Below are positions 23,185-34,190 of a stretch of DNA of 64,000 nucleotides, in pieces; the first letter of the stretch is position 1; every line of letters begins with the position of its first letter. Where the stretch lies: the NCBI RefSeq assembly GCF_018977255.1, contig NW_024704743.1, positions 78,122,001-78,186,000 on the forward strand, in the 5' to 3' direction. The notes beneath the pieces are model-generated. The model saw only the letters and a list, made by a program, of their open reading frames with translations. It searched no databases and was not told where the DNA came from. Both the position numbers and the translations under genes were made by a program. Origin of the DNA: Callorhinchus milii. Its lineage: Eukaryota.

Positions 23185-23850
23185 AATACCCTGACACACA
23201 CACACACACACAAATAAACTGGCACACACACACACTGACACACACACACTGACACTGACACACAAATACACACAAATACCCTGACACACACACACACACA
23301 AATAAACTGGCACAAATACACACAAATATACTTGACACACACACATACTGACACACACACAGACACACAAAAACACTGACACACACACACTGACATAGAC
23401 ACACTGACACACACACACTGACACACAAATACACACAAATAAACTTGACACACACACATACTGACACACACACAGACACACAAAAACACTGACACACACA
23501 CACACACTGACACACTGATACACAGACACACACCCCACACACACACTGACACACAAATACACTTGATACACTGACACACACACATATACTGACACAGACA
23601 TACACACAAATACACAGACAAATACACATATAGACACACAGTGTGCCTCTGTCTGTGTGTGTGTGTATGTATCTTGTGTGCCTCTGTCTGTGTGCCTCTC
23701 TGTGTCTGTGTCTGTGTGTCTCTGTCAGTGTGTGTGCCTTGGGACGTCCTCCCGATGTGAAAGGCGCTATACAAATGTAATTTTGTTGTTGTTGTTGTGT
23801 GTGCGTGTGTGCCTCAGTATCTGTGTGTGTGTGTGTGTGTGTGTGCCTGT
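23185..23850. repeat. Degenerate (CA)n satellite switching to (TG)n at ~23640, containing a short L2-type tail at 23740-23797
   Basis: Directly visible. Confidence 0.9.
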
Positions 23851-23959
23851 GCCCTAATGGGTAGTGTGGGTGGTGGTCCGAGCTGGACAAACAGCAGGAA
23901 AGTTTACTGGACAGCAATATCGGTGGCAAGCTCGGTGTTTTTTTTAGCTGGTTAGACTA

Positions 23960-24420
23960 TTCCAATTCCCTCCTCGCTGGTCTCCACAGCTCCATACCTC
24001 CATCACACCAGTGCTTGGAGGCTCCACTGGCTCCCAGTCACCAAACGGATTGATTTCAAGATCCTCTCACTTGTTTTCAAGTTCCTTCATGCCCTGGTAC
24101 CTCCCTACTTATCCGACCTGCTTGCCCCCTACTCCACCGCCTTGGCCTTCTGTTTGTCCCTCGTCCCCGTCCACCCCACCATCGGTGGCTGTGCTTTCAG
24201 CCACTACGCCCCGAAACTCTGGAACTCCCTCTTTCAACCCTCTGCCTTGCCCCCCCCCCCCCCACCTTCAAATCCCGTTTAAAGACCTTCCTTTTTGATT
24301 GTGCATACAATCACCTCCCCCTTCCCTCTTACCCTGGCTCGGCGTCAGACTCCGCCACTGCCAAGCGCTCTGGGACGCTACCCCACGTGAAAGGCGCTAT
24401 ATAAATGCAAGTTGTTGTTG
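23960..24420 (+). mobile_element. L2 3' fragment
   Basis: ctccactggctcccagtc...gatttcaagatcctc (LHWLP/FKIL region); tail gtgaaaggcgctatataaatgcaagttgttgttg. Confidence 0.85.
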
Positions 24421-24591
24421 CGTGCCTCTGTCTCTCTGTGCCTCTGTGTTTCTGTCTGTGCCTACCTCTCTCTCTGCTTGTCTGTGCTTATCAGTGTGTG
24501 CCTGTATCTATTTTGAGCTTCTCGTTTTAAAGTTGTGGACAACCAGAAGCCCCTGAAAACTCCTCCTGACCTTTCTTTGTTGTATTTTCAG

Positions 24592-24674
24592 ATTTGAGTG
24601 AGATTCACTCCAGGCTGTTTGACCACAGACCTATCATCCAGGCTGATATACGTTTTTTTGTTAAGGAGTTTGAG
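24592..24674 (+). CDS. BLOC1S5: BLOC1S5 exon 2 (DLSEIHSRLFDHRPIIQADIRFFVKEFE)
   Basis: ttttcag acceptor and GAG|GTCAGT donor. Translation closely resembles vertebrate BLOC1S5 DLGEIHSRLLDHRPVIQGETRYFVKEFE. Confidence 0.96.
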
Positions 24675-25354
24675 GTCAGTAACATTTTTTTGGCACCTTA
24701 CTGACCACTATACTCTCTGCCACCTTTCCTACCTCTCCTTCAAGATCCTCATTATCTTCTCCCCTCCTAAAATTCCTGGCAGCCTTTTTGCTGCAATCTC
24801 CTCTTTTATCTCGCCTCCTCATTGTTTGACATGCTCGACCTTTCGGTTTCAGTTTTTTCTGTTTTTCTTTTTTTGGTTCTGCCTTCATAGTTTCTGTTCT
24901 CTGAATCACCTTGTGTGATGACACATTCTCTTGATTCCCCACCTACCTGTCTCGACCACATGTCTTTTCCTGTCCCTGTTTGTCCTCTCAGATGAACCGC
25001 AGGGCTCTTCTGGGTCCTCGTGACAACATCCATAGGCAAGGAGTCAGTTTTCACATGTATACCAATCCCATCTCTATAGGACTTCCAGATTGTTATTCTG
25101 TGTGAATGGTGCTATATAAGTACAATTTGTAGTAATTGCTACAATTTAGACTGATATTTGTCCATATCATTATCTTTAACTCCATGTGAAATTTTTACTG
25201 GGCTAGAGTTACACCTTTTATGTGCCCAGTAAGTCAAGGTTTTCAGTTCTGCCTTTGCTCCTTCCTTAATTTTGACTCTCCTGTGTCTGCTCTGTTCATT
25301 GTAGTGTGTCATAGCATCGGAATGTAATTGATCCCTTTAAATGTTGTTTTGAAG

Positions 25355-25484
25355 GAGAAACGTGGGTTTCGAGAGAGAAGAGGTTTGGAGAACGTGAACA
25401 ATCTTGTGCTGGAGCTCAGTGAAAAGACCCTTCCGAAGAATTGCGAGGCCATGAGCAAGACCATTCCCAGTGTTCTTGCCAGAT
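25355..25484 (+). CDS. BLOC1S5: BLOC1S5 exon 3 (EKRGFRERRGLENVNNLVLELSEKTLPKNCEAMSKTIPSVLAR)
   Basis: AG/GT boundaries, 130 nt, phases compatible with the neighbouring exons. Matches the EKRGLRE..LEN..TLPK region. Confidence 0.95.
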
Positions 25485-26260
25485 GTACGTTTATTTTTAA
25501 ATGTTTTTGCACACTGTTATGCCTCCTTTCCATATCGTGCTGCCTTATTTATAGCACGTGTCTGACATGGCCCACAGTAACCCAGGTTCCAGCATTGACT
25601 AGCCAGCTTCCCGTGTTCAAAATGCCCAACTTCTGTGTCTTAACGTCACCATTGCCTTTGTCAGCCTTTCTGGCCTCGTTTGGAACTCCATCTCACAGTC
25701 TCTTTGCCTCGTCCCTTCCCTTACCTTCTTCAAAGCCCATCTCAAGATCTTCCTCTTCAATCGCCCCTTTGGACATCCTCCTACCCCCACCCTCCCTACC
25801 CTCCACCCCTCCTGATCCCAACCCTCAGCTCAGGTGCTATCCTTGACTGTCCAGTGCTTTGGGATGTCCTCCTGATGTGAAAGGTGCTATACAAATGTAA
25901 CGGGAGTGAGAGTCAGAGTGCGCTGCTGCTGTTATTTTGAGAAGGAAGTGACATCAGTAGTGCCTGGCACGTACGCCTGCAACATGTAGGAAATGATGTC
26001 AGCAATTGCCTGACGATCGGAAGTTGGGCATCTTTAGATGCCTCGCTTTTCAGCTCTGAGATTAACTGGTATTACTCTTCTATCCTGCGTGAAGGATGCT
26101 ATAAATGCAAGCTGTTGTAATTAGGATTGGGTCAGCCTGTGATACCTGCCATGGTTGAATAGCTTGCCTTGAATTACTAACTGATGAATGAATGAGTCAT
26201 GAAATGGCACCTGGTGATACTGTATCTCAGCAAGTTTCCGGCTTTCTAGAGAAAACCAAG

Positions 26261-26490
26261 TAATAATAATAATAATAATAATAATCCTTGCATTTGATAT
26301 AGCGCTTTTCACGTCGGGAGGACGTCCCAAAGCGCTTCACAGAACACACTGTAAAGTGAATTGACTGTATATTTGTGGGCGAACGCGGCAGCCAATTGCG
26401 CACAGCAATGTCCCACAAACAGTCGTAGATTGAAAATGACCAATTTTTTTTTATTATTGTTTTTTGGTTTTTTTGGAGGGATTATTATTA
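26261..26490 (-). mobile_element. 5'-truncated copy of the young SINE
   Basis: Near-identical to the 3' half of the copy at 14052-14446. Confidence 0.92.
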
Positions 26491-26692
26491 TCTTGATACT
26501 CGTCAACAAGGTGATGTCTCACCACTGTAATCATAGACAGACTGCAGACATGGTTGTAATGTGCAAATTAAGCAAGCTCTGTTAAAATCAGTTTGCAATC
26601 TTTCATTCACTTGATTGCAAAACTCGTTCATTAGATTTCCATGGTTGCTGACTTCTCCAATTTCAGCTCCTTGTCTTGTGTTCTGTTGTCAG

Positions 26693-26751
26693 TGGATGCT
26701 GCAAACCATATTCTGAACAGAATCCAGCAGAGGGAGCAGGAGGCACAACAG
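26693..26751 (+). CDS. BLOC1S5: BLOC1S5 exon 4 (LDAANHILNRIQQREQEAQQ)
   Basis: Polypyrimidine-cag acceptor, CAG|GTAAAT donor, 59 nt. Matches LQAAN...RLQQREQE. Confidence 0.95.
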
Positions 26752-28432
26752 GTAAATGCCGCAGGTTCACGTTATCCTCAGCAAAATCAGCCTCCCATTT
26801 AAACATCTGCAATGTATATTACGACAAGTTATTTTATCAAGTAACTTTTCAAACATTGGCAACTACAGTTTTAAAGTTATACAAAAACACGTTACTTTTT
26901 TTTAAACCATCTATAAAAGGCAATTGAGATGTTTTGAGTTTAGGCAAATCTTTGAGAAGAGGAAAGATTTGCATTGATAGCAGATGCTGGCGTAGACAAA
27001 ATATACCATGTAGGGGGAAGGACGAGCTTTGTTCTGATCTAGTATGTTATGTCATTGAAATTGATGAACCAATTCTATCCATTATCTGGCACTAATAGTC
27101 TCGAGGAGCTCCCCAGAGGTCTAGTGGGTAAAGGCCCTGCCAGGTGAGGCACTAAACCATGATAGATCCATTGCTGTCGTCTGTTACACGAGAGAACCAG
27201 CTGCCTTGACCGTGCCTTCAGCTCCCCTCTCGACTCTCTTCCCCCTCCTCGCTCCCTCCCTTCCCTCCCCTCACCCTGACCATTTCCCCCCTGCTCGGGT
27301 CATGACCCAACTGTGCAGCCCCTTGGGACGTCCCCCTGACGTGAAAGGCGCTTTATAAATGGAATCTTGTTGTTGTTGTTGTTGCATCCTGGAATGTCTG
27401 TTCAGTTTTCATGGGCATGACTGACTCCTTCCTGTACACATACACCACAGAAGCCTGGTCCTCTTAACAGCTGGTGTCGTTGAAGGAAAATCCCAGGTAT
27501 TACATGACAGCGAGAATTTCTTTCTACAAGCAACCAAAACGTTTATAACAACTTTCTTTCAACTGTACCTAGGGGGAGTACTTTAAAAACAATATACTAC
27601 CGGTTGGTAGTATTCTTGCTCTGAGTCAGAAGGTTGTAGGTTCAAGTCTCAAGTCAGGACTTTGAACCAACATGGTTTAGGCTGGCACCAATGCCATGCT
27701 GAGGGTGTGCTGCATTGTTAGAGGTGCCAACACGACAATGTGGAACTGATTTGTTTTCAAAAAAGTATTGTTTTTAAAGGTAAGAAAGTATTCTATTTTG
27801 GATTAGACGTTCAACCAAGGTCTTGTCTGCAGTTTCGATTGGCATTAAAGCTCCCATGGTACAACATGAAAAGAGAAGGGAGTTTCTCCAGGTGCCTTGG
27901 CCAACAATCCTGCTTCTTGTCCCTCATCTGATCCATCAGTGGGCAGGCTTTCACCCATTCTGCCTGCTTGTCTGGAAACTCCACCCCAGAGTCTCTCTGC
28001 CTTGTCCCTGCTCTGCCAATTTTCAAAACCAGCTTTAAGACCCAGCTTTTCAACCTTCCCCCAGTTCTGTTTCCGAGCCAACTGTGTTTTTGTCGGCTAT
28101 TTTACATGGGCATCTTCGTGACATGTAAGGTACTATATGAATGTTAATTGAAATCGTTAATCGTTCATGCTGTCCTCATGAACAAAGTGTGAGTAAATGA
28201 ATAATGTTTTCATTTTTCAACATGAAGCTGTGAATCAGGTTCATGCCACTTGCTATGACGTGGTGCCCAGAATAATGTATCTGCTCTCCTCTCTCTCAAT
28301 GTTTGAGTGAAATGTTCCCTGAGTACTTTATGCCCTTTTAATATAGGGGTTAGAACTTGACAGTTATCATGATTATTCCGATAGCAAATAATTACTTTGC
28401 CATCATTCTCATAACTCAAAGTACTAGCATTA

Positions 28433-28751
28433 GAGTCCTGTAGCTCAGTGGTTAGAGCACTCGCTTTGCAAGTGAGAGACCTGAGTTCAATTCCATGCAG
28501 GGCGAAACCTTGGGCAAGTTTCCTTACTCCACATGCCTAATAATAATCCCTCCAAAAAAAAACAATAATACATTGGTCATTTTCAATCCATGACTGTTTG
28601 TGGGACACTGCTGTGCGCAATTGGCTACCGCGTTTCGCCCACAAATATATGGTCAATTCACTTTACAGTATATTCTGTGAAGCGCTTTGAGACGTCGAGA
28701 AGACGTGAAAAACACTATATCAAATGCAAGGATTATTATATTATTATTATT
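28433..28751 (+). mobile_element. tRNA(Ala)-headed SINE in BLOC1S5 intron 4
   Basis: Same head, body and tail as the other copies. Confidence 0.93.
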
Positions 28752-28911
28752 AAGTTAGATTTACATTAATACTTTTTTGTAACTTCGGTGTATTCGTCTT
28801 CGACATGGACACAAAACAGCAATTGTTTGTTCATGGCTTCGGACTACATTTCTGAAATTCCAAAATGTGCTAACATGTGTCTGAACGTATACTTCCTTTT
28901 GTTGCTTGAAG

Positions 28912-29085
28912 GATGACAAGCTTCAAGCCAACAGAGAGAGACGCAAATGTGAATGGGAGGCCTTTTTGAAAGAGCAGAACCGCAAAAGTGCAGAGGTGGA
29001 TGAAGAGCATACCAAAGCTAATAAGTGGCTGAAGGAACAATACACTGCGATGGAGAAAGACTTGGCAAAGTTCAGGACATTTTAA
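28912..29085 (+). CDS. BLOC1S5: BLOC1S5 terminal coding exon (DDKLQANRERRKCEWEAFLKEQNRKSAEVDEEHTKANKWLKEQYTAMEKDLAKFRTF*)
   Basis: C-terminus matches AEVDEEH...LKEQYAEMEKDLAKFSTF. The spliced CDS is 465 nt (154 aa + stop). Confidence 0.97.
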   Translation, partial: DDKLQANRERRKCEWEAFLKEQNRKSAEVDEEHTKANKWLKEQYTAMEKDLAKFRTF

Positions 29086-31270
29086 ATGTTTGAGTCACGT
29101 TGCAGTTCTCTGTCTGCTGTGGTTCCTGACTATTCAAAGGTGACAGTAAGGGTACACTTGTAGCATTCAGCTGAATGAACACGAAGCACCTTTAGAAGTT
29201 GCAGAATGGGGGAAGAGAAGAGCATTTAGAAGAAAATGATTGTTTTATGAATGGCAAGATTACCTTTTTTTTACTCTATTCGTATTGGCAATCTCAATCA
29301 AAGATAAGGTTATGGAGAGCACAACTGAATTCCTTCTCACCTAAACTCTCCAAATGTATTTTAAAATTATAGGCTTCAAAAATAAGCTGAATATTGATGT
29401 GCCTAGCTAGAATTGACTAGGAAAGTGAATAAAACAATCAACAGTGTGTGGGTTTTTTAACACTGTGCCCAAATGCCTCTTTTTAAAATGTATTATTCCT
29501 CATCGAAGCATTCTGTTAAATTAACCCAAAGCATAAGCATGTAAATGGAAAATCTTTGCCTCGACAATGAGTGCCTATGTGAATTTATGGCTGTGTGTCA
29601 AGCCACCTTCTTGGCAGTGTGTTGAAATTGCGATTGAAGTACCGGAGGAGATGGAATAAATATTTTAGATTAGGTTTGATAACATTGAGCAGCAGCCAAG
29701 TTTTTCATCTACCACCACCATGTCTTGACAGCTTCATCAATCACTCCAAGGTACCTGGAGTAAACATACCGCCAGTGCAGAGTCACTTTTGGCTTTTATT
29801 AGAGGCTGCTATTGTATCAGCAGAGATGAAAGGAAAAAGGTTGGTGTCATTGGAGTTCCTTTTTTTGAGACAGAAGAGACCCTTTATTCTCTCTCATGAT
29901 GAGTACTTTAAAGGGCTTTGAAAACAATTTGTCTTGCGTAGGTGTAACAACACCTTTGCTACATCAATGGATATCACACATCCACTATTGAAGTTCTTTG
30001 AGCTATGTTGTGTAGGTAAAAATCTTGCAGGAATGGTCTTGCTGCTGGCTTCTGTTCTTGCACCAAGGAGTGACTGTTTCCTTGCTCAATCTAGACATTT
30101 ACTATCTGCAATCTGCTGTGTTGTTGACTATAAACTCAAATTTGCAACCGACTAACTTTTCTTGAAGGTATGTGTTAAATTCACTCCCTGCCGGCCAGAC
30201 ATGAAAGTAACTCTTGACCAGTAGAAATAAGCAATGTCCAATTTATTTGCAGTTCTGATCGGAGCTGGGCATGCGGGATGTTTATCCTAGTGGAATGCAG
30301 TCAGATTATTGCTTGTGTTGTAGACCACTCTGACCACCTCGTATCTGTTCACTCACAAGTTAATCTCCTTTCACAGTCACTGACAAAATGGACTTGACAT
30401 CTAAACGAAATCCAGAACCAGTGTTTGAATCACTGGTGGAATATTATAACTGTTTTCACTTCAGTTAAAAATCTTTTTAGGAGTTCAGAACAGGCAAATA
30501 GCCTTTATCTTGGACTGAAGCTCGTGAGAGAAGTTTTTTTTGTTTCAAGTAAGTGGATGGAATAAAAATGTACTGCATTTGTGTAATGTGAAATAAGATA
30601 AAAGGGTCAGGAATAGTTGCATAAGTTACCCTTGAGTGATCAATCTCTCTGGTCTTGTTTCATATGAAAATTTAAGAAGACATGTGTTCCAAGCCCCATG
30701 TTGAGACTTGGAATCACATAGTTTAAGCTGACACTCCATGCAGTGCTGGTGGTGTGCTGCATTGTTGGAGGTGCCATCCTTTGGATGAGATGTTAAACTG
30801 GGAATTTCTCCTGGTGTCCTAGCCAATAATGCACCAAATAAAATTGGTTATTCATTCCATGGATATTTGTGGGATATTGCTGTGTGTAACTGGCTGCTGT
30901 GTTTCGCCTGCAAAATTCACAGTCAATCCACTTTACAGTATATCCTATCAAGCATTTTGAGATGCTTCAACAACATGATAAGCTGCTATATCAAATGCAA
31001 GAATTATTATTATACAAGATTTTTGTGGTGAGCTATATATAAGCTTGAAAATAATGGGGTGACTTTTTTAAAGCTTACTTGCTTTGCTTGTAGTGCTAGA
31101 ATAAATGTCCATTCGATTTTGCATAGCTACACGATTAACGAATATAGAAGTGCAAATGGCCTTTCATTTTCAATTATTAAATGACATTTGCCCTGCTGAC
31201 TACAAATAAATTGCAGCACTACTGTGGCTTACTGTATAAATAAAATCCAATAAAGTCAGTATGCTACATC
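29086..31270 (+). other. BLOC1S5: Probable BLOC1S5 3' UTR (end uncertain)
   Basis: Mostly repeat-poor sequence after the stop, with several AATAAA (about 29428, 29655, 30561, 31249). Which one is used cannot be determined from sequence. Confidence 0.45.
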
Positions 31271-33109
31271 AATTTTTTATATTCGAAGAGCCTTGTCACG
31301 AATGCTTAAGTATGCAGCCGAACACTGAAATAGACTGCTGTCTTTATGGATAAATGAACAGCCTTAGCAATGTCTCCTTAGCAAACTCTTGCATTACATC
31401 AGAAATTGGCAGAGGCCCCACCATCCCATGCAGTGCCTTTGATAGAATTTCCAGCATGGTGAGGGAAGGGGCTGATTCCCGACGTGAAAGGCGTTCTCTA
31501 AGTGTAATTTTGTTGTTGTTGTTAACTGGAGTCTGGAGAGTCACCACAATCTCAATACTTATCCTAAAAGCATAAATAATTAGATTGGGAAACAGTTAAT
31601 ATTCTCATAAACCAAATAAAGGTAAATAAAGGCACTGTAAAGGTAAAGACCTAATGCAGGTAGGTGATACTGGACTGAAAGCCAGTTGTCTAGTATGATT
31701 TTACATCTCTTGAAGAGTTAAAAATATTTTAAAATTGTTTCACAGATCTGGTTTACTTTGACAAAAACAACCAACCAGACAGATAGCAGGCAATAACCTA
31801 ACCTAACAGGATGGAACTTTGGAGTGAGAGCATACCTACTGATCATGGGGCAGAGGGCAAGTGCAACTGGAATATAGAGAAAATAAAAGTGGAAGAATTG
31901 AGGGTTAGGAAGTAGTTCAATTTCCCCATATTGCGGTGTGGAGTGACACCCAGGCACTACCCTCAACAGGAGGAAGGGTCAATCCGAATACCTGCTTTCT
32001 GGGCATTCCAGTGATCAGATCACAATTGTTTTTTAACAATTGGGGTACTGAGACAGTTTTGGTATTTGCTATGGTTTCTTTTGAACTTTGGCACAATGTT
32101 TAGAGATACTGATCCCAAGTTATTTGTTTGCTGCATTTCACTTCGACAACCGAGGTTGAGGTAATTTTCAATTGCACAAGACTGAGGAGCAGCTGATCAT
32201 TCGTTAGATGAAGATCTAATAATAGTGTTAGCGTAAAAAAGATGATAAAGTGAAGTAACTAATCTGTAGGCAAACACAGCGGCCAATTTGCACACAGCCG
32301 TGTCCCATAAAGAGCCAAGAAATAAACGACCAATTTTTATGTGGAGGATTGTTAATCGGAATATTGTAAGAGGCTCTCTTCAATTAGATTAAATTAAAAA
32401 CTAATAACATTTTACAGCTACATTGGAAAACACTGGTCTAATAGACGTGGGCTAAAACAAAGATATTCACATTCTTATCTGAAGAACGGTTTGGCTGCAC
32501 AGTCATCCTTTAACACTGATCACAGTCCGTTATGATAATAAATATTTTCTTGTTCAAAGTGTAGAAAGATTGGCTTTGATCAATGTGTGCAGAAATACAT
32601 TGTGGGACAATTTTTTTGTTCTAACAGTGCTGAAATACATCAAGCACAAAACTGGGCAGAGATGTGTTTTATTAATCTTTTAATGAAATGATAATATTGT
32701 GAAGAGGAATTACAAGACAATAACACCTGAGCACATCAGAGTGCTCAGCAACATGCAGATGTTCTTTGTAATCCACCCATGGAACATATTTCCATGTAAT
32801 TAAAGCAACACAAAACAGAGCCCTTTATGAAACAGACCATCACTGGATGATATTGGGTAGAGATGTGAGTTACAGAAACTGCTTTCCAACTCTCTGTGGG
32901 ACTCTATTAATTTTTAATATAATTTGACTGGATAATTCACACTACACATGCCAAAAGATCTGTTGAAGTGATGTGCCAGTTCTAAGCAGCAGATCATAAA
33001 TGTACATTTGCTATGGGTGGCCTATATTGTTGCATTCTATCGTTAATGATGGATGGTATGCTGTGATATTAGTTATTAAATGTGAAGAAGGAGGAGGGTT
33101 AAGACCAAA

Positions 33110-34190
33110 GAACCAAAGAAATTTACAGCACAGAAGAAGGCTATTTGGCCAATTGTACCTGTGCCGGCTCTGTCAACAGCAATCCTTTCAGTCCCACTTA
33201 CCAGCCTTTACCCCATATCCCTTTGGCTGACTCTTTTTAAGGTATTTGTCTAGTTCCCTCTTGAAGGCCACTATAGATTCTGCCTCAACCACCGATCCCA
33301 GCAGGACATTCTACACCCTAACTACTCCTGTGTGTGAAAAAAATTCTCCTAACCTCTTCATATCTTTCCTAAAGTGAGATAACTAATATTGGATACAATA
33401 TGCTAACTGCAATCTAACTATGATTTAATGATGCTGTTTGAGAGCAGAATAGTGCTATTAGAGGAGTCCTGTAGCATAGTGGTTATCACACTCGTCTCGC
33501 AAGCGAAAGGACCTAGGTTTGAATCCCCAACGGGCCGAAATGTTAAGCAAGTTTTCTTACTCTGCACATCTCTGGTTACCTAGGAGTAAGTAGGAACCCA
33601 GTTAGTCAATTTGCGAATCGCTTTTCTGGGGGTAATAATCCCTTCAAAAAATATATTAAAAAAAATTTAGTCATTCAATCCACAACTATTTGTGGGACAC
33701 TGCCATGCGCAATTGGTTGCCACATTTCCCCTATTCAATTCACTTCACAGTATATTCTACAAAGTGCTTTGAGATGTCTCGAAGACCTGATAAGGCGATA
33801 TATCAAATGCAAGGATTATTATTATTCATTTGCTTATTTACTAACATGTTAAATTGATGGCCCTCTAGTTACTGATACGCCAATCAGTGGAAATAATATC
33901 TTGCTATCGACTCTATGAAAGCCCTGTAGAATTTTAAAGATCTTAATCAGATTACCCCTCTACCTTTGTTCCAGCAGAAAAAATCCCATTCCTCTAGTCT
34001 CCACACAGGGCTATCCACTCATCCCTAGTAAACCTCCCCTCTATCATCTTGATGGTCTTTCCTAAAGTGAGGTAACCAATACTGGATATAATATGCTAAC
34101 TGCAGTCTAACTATGATTTATACCAGTTTAGCATTACCGCTTTGCTTTTATATTCTATCCCCCTATTCACAAAACCAAAGATTCCATTTT
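33110..34190 (-). mobile_element. CR1 3' fragments (interrupted by the SINE at 33462)
   Basis: GFVNRGIEYKSK motif on the - strand; similar to 56500-57100. Confidence 0.75.
33462..33826 (+). mobile_element. tRNA-derived SINE, long subfamily with an extra central segment
   Basis: Contains ...ttacctaggagtaagtaggaaccc...gaatcgcttttctgg, which is absent from the short copies and also seen at 45.9 kb and 50.5 kb. Confidence 0.9.
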
